A stretch of DNA of 63,275 bases, the filler included, from Choristocarpus tenellus KU-1152 (lineage: Eukaryota > Protista > Phaeophyceae): assembly GCA_964200185.2 (NCBI GenBank). It is 11 parts of 11 records of this genome, joined end to end, with 100 filler letters (N's around TTAATTAATTAA, not from the genome) between each part and the next. Parts side by side here need not be neighbours in the genome. Positions count along the whole stretch, not along the records: positions 34,250 to 37,706 come from CAXNAD020019911.1; positions 37,807 to 42,305 come from CAXNAD020014274.1; positions 42,406 to 47,760 come from CAXNAD020011057.1; 8 more parts are not named here. One strand, 5' to 3'. The notes under the pieces were generated by a model, which saw only the letters and a program-made list of their open reading frames with translations, was not told the DNA's origin and made no database searches. Shown piece after piece: positions 34,846 through 47,720 of the stretch (within the stretch, counting starts at the first letter, position 1; the number at the start of each line of letters is the position of its first letter). A program made the translations under genes and the position numbers.

Positions 34846-36979
34846 ATGAATTTGTTGGGCTGTGTGATTGGTCGTCCCATCAAGCTACGGAAGATAAAGG
34901 CTTCTGCAGCTAGCTTGGTTCTTTTGCTTGCGCAGGCTTGTAGCCCTTTGCGATTTGGTCCACATGTATGTGGTGTCACCTTGTCCTGCAGGCAAGGATT
35001 CCCGTTGTCCCCTGGTCTTCGATTACTTCGTCCTACGATGAATTTTCGAAAGGAAGAGAGTCTGAATGGAGAAGACCAAGGCGATGAAAGTGAAAAGATG
35101 GTGCAAGAGGGTCTCCTCCTTGCGATCAAGACGCGTGATGTTGATCGAGCGCTCGTATTGTACGACACAGCGAGGGACCGTGGCTACAGCCTGTCAAAGA
35201 ATGTATTCAACGGGGTGATAAACCTTTGTAGTGGTGCTGATAAGGTCAGGAAAAAGTTTGCCTGTATCAATTATTGCAAACATATTTCTCGAGTCATGTT
35301 ACGGTGTTGCCTTGTTTGCAGGTCACAAGAAGGTGATGAAAACACCAGCAGTGCTTTCAGTCACTATCTTTCAGTGCAAGCTATGTTTTCGTTACGCTGT
35401 TGTTATGACAAAGTATGCTGGTCATATTTTGGCCAGTCGTGTGATAGGTGCAGGTTTTGTCCACGTCGTTGTCGTGTTGCAACCTCATCTATGCATCGGT
35501 ACAGTTTTCTTACTTCAGCAGTACTTGCTTTAGGCATAGTCTCATTCTTGTTTGGTGCCTGCCGACGACTAAAATCTGTTATCAAACTACTGCGTGGTCC
35601 GACCTGGATGTAAGCATCCTCCACTGCTTGGGATTTGTCGATGGTCTCTTCCATCCTCCTTGATTCCAGAAACTGAATCTACTATTTGTCTAGGCCTGTA
35701 TCTTGACAACCCACGTATCCACGAGCTTCCAGGTCAGCATTCTTGTTCACGTCAGAGCCGTTCGATTGGCTTAATTCCTTGCGTTCACTACCTTAGTCGT
35801 TGTATATTGACATCTCTGAAGGACCGATTCAATTTCATCTGTGCACTCTGGATGGAGAGACTGCATTATCTGTAATTGTTGTACTTACCCCTCCCAATGT
35901 TTTGTAGGTAGTTTCTCAAGTGAGAGCTAGTATCTTTCCTTGTGACTGCTTGCTGCTATGTGTGTTCACCAAGGATGGTCAAATGGTTGTTCAGTGGAGG
36001 CAAAGGTGCTGCTGGACCCTCAAACATGGTCCACGCATTTCACTCACTTTGTTTCGTCTGGTGAAAGCTTGCAGCATGTTCAATTCCGAGTGTCTTACTG
36101 TAATGTCCCTTCTGGAGGTTTTGTATTGGTCTCTCTTGTGGAAACACTTTTGCTCACTTGTTCCACGGAGAGTACTTTTGGGCTACACTATCGTCATTAT
36201 GGGAAAGGCTCCTCATTTGTTTTTGTTGAAGAGTTGGGATGTGCATTGTGCCTCCTTGTCTGGGAGTAACCAGTATAGATCCTGATGATTGGTATACAGT
36301 TATGTGGGTTTGATCTCCCAAGGTATTCAATCCCTTTCAAAGCGTCCTACTATTATTGCTGCTCACAGGACTCAAGGAGGAAATGCACCAATATTCTTAT
36401 TTTGTGAGAAATACTACCTGCCCTGACCTTGTGTTCAACAAAGCTTTACAGGACTTGTTTTGCAGAAGTAGGAACAATGATAAAAGTGAGGTCCCTGAGG
36501 TTGTTACAAGAACTAGTGATCGCCAGCCAACTCTCCATGAGCAGCACAAGTCTTACACTGAAACACCCTAACTTGTATGGAAACCTTGGAGACCACCCCT
36601 CATAGAAAGAGAGAGGTGAACAATGGAATTCAAGGTGAAGATCTCCAAATTGTTTCTCACTCTTTGCCTGAACACCTGCCTTAGCGGAAACCCAATTATT
36701 TTGATTCAGTGTATAATGCCTAACCTGAATGGAAACCCCAAACCATCAATGTTTACTGTTGTCCTGCTTGTGCAGTTCAGCTATGGTGTCCGGGCTTTTG
36801 CAGACATGCAGGAGGCGGGCTTTGCCCCCCAAGAAAACAGTTACATGTTCCTCCTCCGGGATATGGCCAATCGAGAAGCTTACGTGGATGCTTTTGCTCT
36901 GGTGAAGGACATGGTGGCACGAGGCATCCATCCACGACTGAGGTCATACGCCCTGACCATCAAAGGGCTTTGCGATAAG
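34846..36979 (+). CDS. PRORP: PRORP-like (proteinaceous RNase P) PPR region; exons 34846-35244 and 36776-36979; 3' part not in the contig
   Basis: DVDRALVLYDTARDRGYSLSKNVFNGVINLCS and AFALVKDMVARGIHPRLRSYALTIKGLC match the PRORP PPR repeats (..ALRLYDEAR..; AF..VK.M...GI.PRLRSY). The NYN nuclease domain was not seen. Confidence 0.75.
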
Positions 36980-38172
36980 GTAAGCATGCAGGTCGTTGAG
37001 TATTGTTACTGGAAAGAGTGGTGTGGTGTAGTGGTTGATGGTGGTATACACAGGAGTACGTGAAAAAGATAACATGGCAACAGTGCGCCTCTGTACCTGA
37101 TTTGGGTGCTGACCTGGGTTCGTGTCTGGTTGACGAAAGTAGGACTACCTTGTACTCTGTGCTCTTCCTCCGTGCCAAAATCAGAGTATGGTGAAGGTAT
37201 TAGCAGCGATTTAGAATGGAGCCAGTGCGGCGCGGTAGTTTTTTGCTCTTGTTCTTCTTGTCGGTTTTTTTGTCCACTCGGCGGTCGTTGCTATTTTTTT
37301 TAAATATTTTTTGTCCCGAGTACGTTCCGAAGGGCTTTTTTTTTTTCTTCTTTTGATATCGCTCAGCCCCTTACCCTAGCTCTTCTTACTCACTCCGTGC
37401 GGCATTAGTACGATTATTATTGGGTACCGAAATGCGATGTAATGTACAGCACATTACTGACATTACTTTGCAAAAAGAGTACTGTAATACACTGCACACG
37501 GGTACCTTGAAGAAGGTACGGTATACGGTGACTCACAAAGGTACGGTTGTCAGGTAAGTCAAAAACACGCAACTGATAATCTCGCAAGTGTCAACTGTGC
37601 TGCCATCTCCATCTTAAAATTTTATTATTATATTTTTTTTATATATTTTGTCCTCTCTTTTTTTTCTTTTTTTTCTTTTTTTTCTTCCTCGTGCATTATT
37701 GGGGGGNNNNNNNNNNNNNNNNNNNNNNNNNNNNNNNNNNNNNNNNNNNNTTAATTAATTAANNNNNNNNNNNNNNNNNNNNNNNNNNNNNNNNNNNNNN
37801 NNNNNNCCCCCCAGATACTTTGATCCCATTTGGGATATTAAGTCATTTTTCTGACCTTTTGCAATTCATCCATATTCCTATGGAAGAGGTTTTAAGTTTG
37901 ACTTGAAAGCATCTATTTAACTACTGTTTTTAAAATTTTCCAACACAGTTTTGAAAATATCCTGTACTTACGTAAAAAAAAGAGGAGGTTTTGCATGCAT
38001 TTGTCAGCATCCTTAAAACACGTCTCTGGGTACACCTCCCTCTCATTTACTCCTATTACTTACCCCCCTTGCCTTTCATCCTTTGGATATGTTCCGTGCA
38101 TATCAGGTTCACCAAAATTCGGTGTCAGAGGAGCTCCCACAACCTATGTATTGTTGGATCACTTCCTCCAAG

Positions 38173-41100
38173 GTGGAGGAGATGGGCGGAGCTATTGTGA
38201 CAGCAGTGACAAAATACAAAAAAGACTTTGTGGCAGATCTTCGCTACCATTGGACGGCTGGTGAGATCTCACTGATATTACACATACCTAACTTGAGTGT
38301 AATGAGATGATAGTCCCGTCAGAGACTCGGGACTTGCATCTCTGTGAAGAGTGAAAGTATCTTTAGAGTGTACGAGTTTTGCTCTCTTTGCCCGTTTGAG
38401 GCTTGGCTTCCCACAGGTATTTTTTTTTTTACATTTTACCTACTCCGAAATATTTCAGAGAAGGTAAAATATATTCATTATCAATAGGAGTGTCCCCGGA
38501 ACTAGGTTACTGACACTTCCTAACAAATACGATAGCCAAAATTACATCAAAATCACAACATTGGATATTGGGCCCCAAATGGACGAGGCTCTGTTACAGG
38601 TGAATAGCGCGAGCGTTTCTTCTTGTGTTCTAACAAACGTGAGGAGTATACGAGATTACTAGCACATAGGTAGCCATACTGAATCGAAGATGCAGAGTAA
38701 GATTCGTAATGCATACGTATCCTTACAGAAGAAACGTCAAATTCCTAGAAGTTGCAGAATAAAGGTTTATGATTGAAGTATGTATACGGCAGTTTGCAGT
38801 TCTCTTTTGCCATAAATGACCTAAGAAATTGGGTGAATAATGAAATAATAAAAGGCTTTTTGGTCAATAAAAGAGTAGATATAATATATAGAATATCATC
38901 ACTGAAACGAATACACAGAATATATAGAAAACATAGAATACCATCACTGAAAATATGAATAAATAGAATATCATCACTGAAAAGAATATATAGAATACCA
39001 TCACTGAAATTAAGAATGCATAGATTATATAGAATAGAACACCACTGAAATTAAGAATACAGGGGTGGATCCATCACCCCTTTTAAAACAGTCCTTTGAT
39101 CTAGAACAAAAAATTGAGTCGAGCTTTGAGCTACGCACTGAGTGGAGTATTGAGAGAAGGCGGTCTGACACCCCAGGAAACTGTTACCTAGGGCAATGTC
39201 TCCATAGCATCGTTTTAAGGTCGTTGGGTTTGAGTTGTTAATCCTGCAGAGGTGAGTTCTGGAGCGTGCTGTAACAGTTCTACCCTCTAAGATACTTTGA
39301 CTCTGAAATTAGAATTATATGCTCATACCCTCCCTACTTGTTGTGACAGCCTACGCCAAGAGTATCAAATGTGACCTACAATTCAGTATTCTTGATACAC
39401 CCTGCTGCTCTTCCAGGAAATATCATGGTTAAGGCGTCTTTGCAAGGGGAAGATGCTGAGAGGGTATCTCAGCCCATCAAAAAAATGATCTCTTGATAAA
39501 AAAAAGATGGCAGTAAAGAGTACTATGGTACCATAGTGTAATTGTATCACTGTAGAGTGCTTTGACAGTCTCATCTGGGCAATGGTGCATGGCGGAAATG
39601 TTGTAGAAGTCTTTCACTCACAGATGAAAAAAATTGAAATATACTTGCACTACTTTGGAATCGGCACAACACCCCTATGTACTGCACAAAAATATCTGTA
39701 GGTTTGACCGGCTGTTAGAAGAGATCTGAGCAAACCTCAAGTCTTCCATCCTTCCTTGAGTGGAAAACCAATCCTCTCACAAATGGCAATGACCACACTC
39801 CAATCAAGGCAGATAGATGTATAGAGCAATCGTAGTTCGCCCTGCCACCACATTAAGGAATGAGACTTTGCAAGCAGCATGTGCCTCAGGGTCTTTGAGA
39901 AAGGAGATCCAACCATCTGACGAGCACTAAACTGGGCTCATGCATCTTGAGCGATGTCGAGTAGAGCAGCTGTACCTACCCTGGTGAAGTATATATCCGT
40001 GCACAGCCTTTAATTATTTTTTACTTTTTTTGTCGAATCATTGTGTATTGTTACCGTTGCCTCATTTTTTCAAGTACTTCTAACTCAAACAGCTCATTGG
40101 TATATTACTCCGAGAATTCCAGATCCTAGGACACAGCCCTCAAGATATATATTTTTTCAACACACTTCATTGCACTGGATTAGAGTGAAAGTATCTTAGA
40201 GGGTACGAGTTTTGCCCTGTTTCTCCATTTGGGCCTTGGCTTCCCATGGGTTTTTTCATTACATCTTCCTACTCCAAAATTTTTCGGAGTAGTTAAAATG
40301 CATTCGTTATACAAAGGTGTGTCCAGAACAAGGATATTGACACTTCCTAGCAAACAGAATAGTCAAAATTACATCAAAATCGCAACATTGCATGTTGCCC
40401 CCCAAAAGGACACGGTCCTACCCCTCTAGAAGATACTTTGGCTCTTAATGTAATGATATTGTACAAGTATTGGACATTGTGTTCACACACTGTTGTTGAA
40501 GACAATATTGGACATTGTGTTCACACACTGTTGTTGAAGACAATATTGGACATTATTATGTTCACACACTGTTGTTGAAGACAATATTGGACATTATTAT
40601 GTTCACACACTGTTATTGAAGACAATATTGGACATTATTATGTTCACACACTGTTGCTGAAGACAATATTGGACATTGTGTTCACACACTGTTGTTGAAG
40701 ACAATATTGGACATTGTGTTCACACACTGTTGTTGAAGACAATATTGGACATTATTATGTTCACACACTGTTGTTGAAGACAATATTGGACATTATGTCA
40801 TAAACGTTTTCTTGTGGTTGGCTTGGATATTGCTTCCACCACACTACAGACAATAAACAGTGCGTTGAAATGAAGTCCCTACAGCTGTCGTTATAATTAT
40901 AATTATCTCCAAATACCCACTGACATTGTCTCGTAGTCTTCTTCGGGATAACTTGGCTTTGAATCTTCTTACCACGTTCTTCCCCCCCCATCCGTCCAAT
41001 GCTGGCTTGAAAGATATACAAAACAATGAACATAGGGAGACAAAGGACACAGGGGGTGGGCAAAAACCTAAGGGTACAAAGGGGGGAAAAAAAGAAGGCC

Positions 41101-42006
41101 AAGACGGTGGGGGGGGGAAAGGGGACGCAGGAAAGAAAGGGGCCAAAGACGGTGGAGTTGACAAAGGTCAGTAGAGCACTCAACTCTTTGTAGTGAATGC
41201 TGCAATGGTAATAAATCCTGTTGACATGCTTCCTAGTTTGTTAGTTTAGAAACCTTCTGACAGGATACTATGGAGGGGTCCACATAGCGAGACGTCTATC
41301 TTGTTTACATTCACACAGGGTTGGGCCCTTCTCAAACAGTGGGTATCCTTCAGCCTCAGTGGCTTTGTATACCTTGGGTACCTAGAAAAAAAATCATCAT
41401 CACATTAAGGTTTACTGGTCCAATACATAAGCCCTAAATATCCCTCCCCTATCAACTTCTTCCTCACTCATTGGCTGGTTCTTCCCCCTTCTATCTCATG
41501 AAAAAAAATTCTCCTTCCCTGGACTTGGAACCCAAATGCGCTCAGAAGGCAATACAGATGTCGACCCCGAGAATGACATCTCCTTTGGAACTACAAATGA
41601 TTGTGGCCTGATCCCAACCAGGGCGCCTTTGGGGACTATTGCCTGCAAACCTGGACATTCACCACCCGTATATCTATATGTCTTACCTACCCCCACATCA
41701 CCAAGAAAAACACTTCCCATACAGGAAGTTGGGATCATTGGGACTGATTGCGGTGAACCAGATGCAAGTGTCACTAACGGACAGGTCAACTCAGTTGACG
41801 AGAAAGAGGAGGGGAATGATGCCTTGAGTGAAGGGAAGGGGGCAGGGGAAGGTGATATTGGCATTGACGAGGAAGAAAAAATAGATGAAGTAGAGGATGC
41901 TGTTGAATCAACAAAGAAGGATGCAGCAGTGGATGAGGGGGGGGATATAAAGGAGATGGAGAATGCAACAGAATTAGAACGTGAGATGGATGAAAAGGAA
42001 GAAAAG
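38173..42006 (+). CDS. internal exons of an unidentified large protein (38173-38260, ~40940-41166, ~41320-41377, ~41500-42006)
   Basis: Open segments with AG/GT borders: VEEMGGAIVTAVTKYKKDFVADLRYHWTA; KGGKKEGQDGGGGKGDAGKKGAKDGG; GILQPQWLCIPW; acidic ...EREMDEKEEK|gt. Composition resembles large axonemal proteins, but identity is unproven. Confidence 0.45.
38349..39303 (+). mobile_element. MITE family A copy interrupted by a solo LTR
   Basis: MITE body 38349-38591; last 27 bp at 39277-39303; TSD TGAA/TGAA. Confidence 0.85.
38592..39276. mobile_element. solo LTR (685 bp)
   Basis: TGTTACAG...CTGTAACA termini; GCTC/GTTC 4-bp duplication; no ORF; internal atagaata(t/c)catcactgaaa repeats at ~38888-39060. 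Confidence 0.8.
40183..40444 (+). mobile_element. MITE family A copy
   Basis: gagtgaaagtatcttagagggta...gatactttggctc; TSD TTA/TTA. Confidence 0.9.
40468..40798. repeat. 38/41-bp minisatellite, 8 full copies plus a partial
   Basis: tattggacatt(g|atta)tgttcacacactgttgttgaagacaa head to tail with no spacers; order 38,38,41,41,41,38,38,41. Confidence 0.95.
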
Positions 42007-42109
42007 GTGAGAGACTGGAATTCATCCTGATTCTTATGAGCACTTGCATTTTTGGTTGATGTGTAAGGAAGGTGTATTTTTTCTTCCCTCTCGAATCTGT
42101 CATCCAGTT

Positions 42110-42305
42110 GGCCAAAAGTATCTGGGGGGAGGGGGAGGGGGGGAGGTCTACACTAGGGTGTCCATTTGGGTCAAAATCAGGAAAAGTGCATTTCCATTAT
42201 CCATCCTACGTGAAAAAATTGACCCCAAATGGACAGCAAACAAAAAAAAAAAAACCCACCAACCCAACAACACCACAACCACACACACAGAAGAAAAAAA
42301 AAGAA
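42110..42305. mobile_element. MITE family B copy, running into the contig end
   Basis: ggccaaaagtatctggggg...gtccatttgggtcaaaatc...gaccccaaatggacagc, homologous (inverted) to 62827-63011. Confidence 0.8.
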
Positions 42306-44724
42306 NNNNNNNNNNNNNNNNNNNNNNNNNNNNNNNNNNNNNNNNNNNNTTAATTAATTAANNNNNNNNNNNNNNNNNNNNNNNNNNNNNNNNNNNNNNN
42401 NNNNNGGGGGGGGGGCATACACTGCACTACTAGTACATATCACTAGTAATAGTTTTTGTTCCAAAGGTGGTCAATGTTACGTTGCATTATACCATTTGCC
42501 CTGCAAGATCCCCCAGTAATTTCGTTGTGGTTGTTATTACTCCAAACTTTACCCAAAGTAAGTCACATTATTTGATTTGGTCTTTTGAATATCTTCATTG
42601 GTGCAAAGCACTACAGCTGGCACCATCTATCCATATCATGTGCTCTAGTAGGAGAGATGCTGGGGGTAGGGGTTCACATATCGGACCAATCAAATCAAAT
42701 CCGATTAGTGGCATACAAATCAATTTCCGATAAATCAAGGGTCACTCCTGTCATTGATCTGAGTTGAGCACATTGAGGGACATTGTATCCTCACAAATCA
42801 GATATTTAGGAGTTAACTTTCTCACTTATGGGATCCCAAATCATTTTGGACCCATATTTATTTTTATTTCCAAGATTGGTGTCGGACAAATATTCCAACA
42901 ATCTGATGAATTGCTGATGAATGAGATATTGTGATTGGACATTTTGTGCTCACAACCACAAGTCATTGGTGAGGCATTGAACCCAACTTATTTGAACTGT
43001 TGAATATTTTGTGCTTATTTCACAGATTCCAAAGACGTATGGAAAATATTTATGCCCTCCAACATTTTGCAGATGTGGCAGGGAAAAACTAATGAAAACT
43101 ATTCACATGTCTGAAAAACATCTAAGCAAGTAACAGTTGTCACATTTAAGTATAGGTTAGTATGCAGTATATACGTACCAATACACGATTCGGTAACGCT
43201 AACCACTCCTACATTGGGGCATTTTTTGAACTCACAGAAGTTCAGGGCAATCCCAGCATGTTCCGAACCTTGGATGTGACACACTGCAGATGCCATGTCA
43301 CCAAGGACACTACATTGGGGCTTCATCTACATTCCTACTATATATGTATTCTATCATCGAACAAAGGAACCATGTGCTGATTTGTGTAGCCACAAGAGTT
43401 AGTACTAAACAAACATTTGAACGCAATTATTCTATTAATCACAATGTAGTGTGTGTATTTGAAGATGAGCTAGGAATATATTTAACAAAATACAGTTATC
43501 TTTTCTCCATGTATAGCGACAAATCATTTGTACATGCTGATAAAACGGTCAACCTTTCGTTTGAGCATTAACCAACAAGGTGGTTTAATTCCACAACATG
43601 AGTTATACTCAGTATGTGACTTGTGCTACAAGATACCTGTGCAGAAGTGATTTATATATCTTTACCACTCCTTCAATATGTACCTCAAAAGTATGGTTCG
43701 TGTTTCTTGTGTAACAATTTGTTAATCACATGTGAGTTAAATCACGACTAGTCCGACGTGTGCAAGGGCTTACTAACCAAACTTGGAAGTGAAAATGAAC
43801 TAGACAATTGACCTAAGGGTACATGATCAAACAGTTCAATCACGTATCCCTCTACCCCATCATGATTGATGGTGAGCTACAGTAGCTACAATAAAGACAT
43901 GATTTCTACTCCAGTTTCACACATTAATCGATCGTAGTTGTGCTTGCAAAAACTCAACCAAACCAGCCCCACACACCTGTGAGATGAATAGGACATAGTA
44001 CCAAGATCTTGATATTGTAACAGTTGCATTATAGTACTCCATGTCACAGTACTAAAAAAAAGAGTCTGGTGAACTATGGGAAGACTAAGATGACACAAAA
44101 GCGCTGCCACAGGCACCCTTTGTACATCAACACACACAACAACAACAAACTGCCAAAGGTTTTGAGGCAAGAAGAAAGACAAAACAGTAGAGAAGCTGTT
44201 TGCTTCATCTAACCTCCACACATCCCTTTCACATACACAACACTCTCACATTGTAATTTTCCACTCACAATAAATAAATAAAAGGTATAATGTTATTTCC
44301 CCACCGTCCTTTCAACACACCAAATACTGCTATTCACCTGCTCATTTACTCCACCAAAAAATGTGAGTGGTGAGGGGTTACAAAACCTTGTAAGCAACCC
44401 ATACAATCTCAAACTTTATTACGGCGTATGTGCTCTCTTGATGTAGAATTAATGGGGACATGAAAATAAACTACACTGTATATTTAACCATAAAGACATT
44501 CCGTAGATCTGACACCTTCCCAACAAAAACAACTCCGTAGTTTCAGTCAGCTAAATTCTTCTTGCAGGACAGGCCAGAGTGAATGGGGGGCCCAAAACAT
44601 ATCTACAAGCAAGCACATGGGAAAAAAGCACCTTGTCATCAAGCAGTACATACTCAAAACGATCAGCCGCCCAGCACAATAGCACCCCTTCCTCCAGTCA
44701 CCAGCCTCCCTCAAGACATAACAC

Positions 44725-47483
44725 TCAACCCAAAACTACTACATACAAGAAATGATCAGGATGTCGCAGTGCCACCCAGAGGTCAGTAATCGACACGTCC
44801 AGGGGAGGGTTGATCCCTTGGATCACCACGCTCCAAGCAGCTCCCACGTCATCCTCACTACTCCTACCCTCTCCCTTTCCCCCTGCTGTATTCCCTTCCA
44901 AGGAATCATTTACACCTGTCGAGGCCTTGTCTACTGCAGCATCCCCTTTCTTATCCTCTGACTCCCCAGGGACTCCTTCGCCATTAGTTGGCTCTTCCCC
45001 ATCATCTGAAGTACTCCCACCCCCCTCTTCCGACGGGAATATGTCTGGGCAGGCCCATGAGAGGCAATCACGCAGTGTGAATGTATCACCTGGACATAAG
45101 ATGGGGTATCTCGTCATATGGCATAACCAAAAAGAAATTGATGCCCCCTAGTCCCACCAACAAGCAGGCATCCCCAATTTGGAAAAAAAATCACCAAAAA
45201 CTCAGGAATGTAGGACACCATCAAGATAATCACCGAGATAATCAACATCAAGATAATCAACATCAAGATAATCAACAGTGATATGCCATAAATCAAGTAC
45301 AAACACACTATAACACTACGCTCTCATATTAATGAGGGAAACAAGAATTACACACATCCCTTGTGGTTCAAAAATGTCAGAAAAAAAATCAGAGTAGTCC
45401 CAGTGCATATGTTCTTCCCTTCTCCTACCTCTGATAAAAAGTGGAATTCACAGGAGACTCAAAATAGTGTGAGCCCTCGTCTGTACCTTAGTAAACCTGC
45501 AAACGAACAACGAAACCAAAGACTGAAGTTGCTTCAAATTCTGTTCAACTTCAAAAGCTCTCACCATTCGGACGTTTAGCAGGAAAAGGAAGCTGAACAG
45601 GCGGTGCTTTCCCTCTGATAATGCGCACTGGAACTAGCCTGGGTAGTGCTCTATCATTCCTGCTGCCCAGAAATGTATCTACCTCATGGAACACACAACC
45701 ATTGCCTGAAACCAATTGCAGCAACAGATGGATAGTAGGAACATTACCAGAGGCGGTGCGGGGGCAAAGTCCAACTGACTATAATGCCCTCCTCCCTGCC
45801 TAACTCATAGTTTGTGTACATTAGGACTTTACAATACTAGAGCGTGTACATTCTCCAACTGCTATATAGCTGACAACAGAGAACAGCTGATGAGCGTTCA
45901 AGACAGAAAAAAATGCTGCATGAATTGACAAGCTTCATTAGGCTATGTGTAATACTGTTCTGAGGTATGCCCAGGAAAATCCACCAAATCCAGGTCCCCC
46001 ACCGGAATAAGTTACTGGTATCCACAGCAGTCAACAAAAAGAGACGATGTAAGCAGCTGCAGAGAGGTGGGTTTAATCTTCTTTTCAGTACACTCAAATT
46101 GTACAAAACTTGAAAATTTTATACTCTTGGTCCAATTATCACGGTGGGTCCACTCCCTACTTGAGGTGTAAATTGTGTTCGATCTATCTTCTGCCTATAT
46201 TTTGTTGTTGATGTTATGTGCACTCACAACCCTTGATGGCTTCCCATAAACGAGTCTGGTTTTCTTTGGAAAGAGACATTACAGACTTGGAGGATCCGGA
46301 TTGCATAAACAAAGCTTGCTTGAGTGCATTGGTGTAGTGCCTCCTAATATCCACCTCATTCTCCAGTGGAAGAACCTGGGGAAACCACAATGAAAAAGGT
46401 CACAAAAGAATCCAAAAAAGAACATTAGTGAAAAATGGCTCCCATCTTCACAATTACTTCAACCTCCTAGCACGATGAACAAGGTTGGATATGGAGTGAG
46501 TTTCAACTTTGACGAAACGCTGAATAATAATCAGGTCTCTTTCCAACTTCGATTGACTGATAGATTTGCCCTTTGCCCGAGACAAACCCAGATGAAGATA
46601 AAAACCAATTCAAACTCCACCCTGTCGATGGTCGGAATTCACCAACACACATGACATACCAACCCTATGTGCAACATCCAGTCAGCATGAGTATCGCAAA
46701 AGTCACGCAATTCTACCTGTTGTCGTGGTCGACCCTGGAAGTGAACATTTATTCGCCAAGGCAACACCCCACCCGGAGCACCAGAGTCTTTTCTCTGACC
46801 AACACCTTTCCTGACAAAAAGGTCAAAGAGCACTCCTGTGGGCACATGCCTGAGGTATACGAAGTACGAATGTGCCATAACTTGAGAGCTAGGAAAGAAG
46901 GATAAAATTAGTCATCGTGACCCAAATTTTAGAGCTATAAACTGCCTATTTTCCCAAATGGAGGAGCAAGACAAATGGTTCTTGCGAAGATAGACATCGA
47001 CAATGATGAGCGGTAAGACCGTTGAAACAAAAAAAGGATGTGCTGCCTATGGAAGTATTTATTCGCGTCTCACCAACGAAGTGGTTCTCCTGTCCCACCG
47101 TCTTCCAGCCATAGAGTTCGCTGTGCATCAGGAGCAACATCGCCAAAGTGGTGGGCCAAAATTTCTGCAACACAAGGCAAAAAGCTCATGCGAGGCAATA
47201 ACAGCTGTTTGTGCAAGGAGGGATGCAAAGGTGCAGATACAAGAAGAAGGTGAATTCCCTACAGGTCAGTGTCAGAGATTTCAAAATGCAGGAAAGCAAC
47301 CTCGCTCATAGATGAAAGTGCAGTCTGCTGTGTTTTCCTCAGCCAAAACAGACACCTATTCAAAAACCTCACGTAGAGTGGCAGAGGCCTCTGCAAAGCG
47401 GTGACCTCTGAGGCATCCATAGAAAATTCTGCTGGGATTTCTCCTGCCCAGATGAAATTACGCAGTGTTCCTAGAGAAGTCAT
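44725..47483 (-). CDS. ATG5: autophagy protein 5; 6 exons (47483-47373, ~47204-47073, ~46849-46717, ~46375-46228, ~45705-45566, ~45089-44725)
   Basis: IWAGEIPAEF, LLLPRMSFLP, PLRWHVPTGVLFDL, LPWRINVHF, NALKQALFMQSGSSKSVMSLSKENQTRLWEAI, VPVRI and IQGINPPLD...LRHPDHFLYVVV are the ATG5 signatures in order. Confidence 0.95.
45230..45277. repeat. 15-bp tandem repeat x3 in an ATG5 intron
   Basis: (c)aagataatcaacat repeated about three times. Confidence 0.8.
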
Positions 47484-47644
47484 AGTGCCACACCCGATCA
47501 ACAGTGTACACACCAACACCGGGTCCAACAAGTTGAGTGGGAAAAAATCATATTGCTATTGTGGTCGAAGGCGTTTACGCAGTTTCGTGTTGTGGATTTA
47601 CAACCAACTTCAGTCAATTATTCATTACTTTTGTGAAGCTGGCA

Positions 47645-47720
47645 ATGGGGGTTCTCGCACGTAAATCTGTTTGGCGTACGGTCTTCGTGTCGGCGTTTAG
47701 CTCCTTTTTGAGGACCATAG
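47645..47720 (+). CDS. possible first exon of a gene divergent from ATG5
   Basis: ATG 47645: MGVLARKSVWRTVFVSAFSSFLRTI then ag|gtggag. It looks like a targeting peptide; the contig ends 40 bp later. Confidence 0.35.

Noticed and set aside
35245-35613. C-terminal half of the 269-aa ORF
   Set aside because: PPR similarity stops at the donor gataag|gtcagg (35244); the rest is intron read-through.
40468-40798. CRISPR-like array of ~38-bp repeats
   Set aside because: Units are directly adjacent with no unique spacers, there are no cas genes, and the context is a eukaryotic intron. It is a minisatellite.
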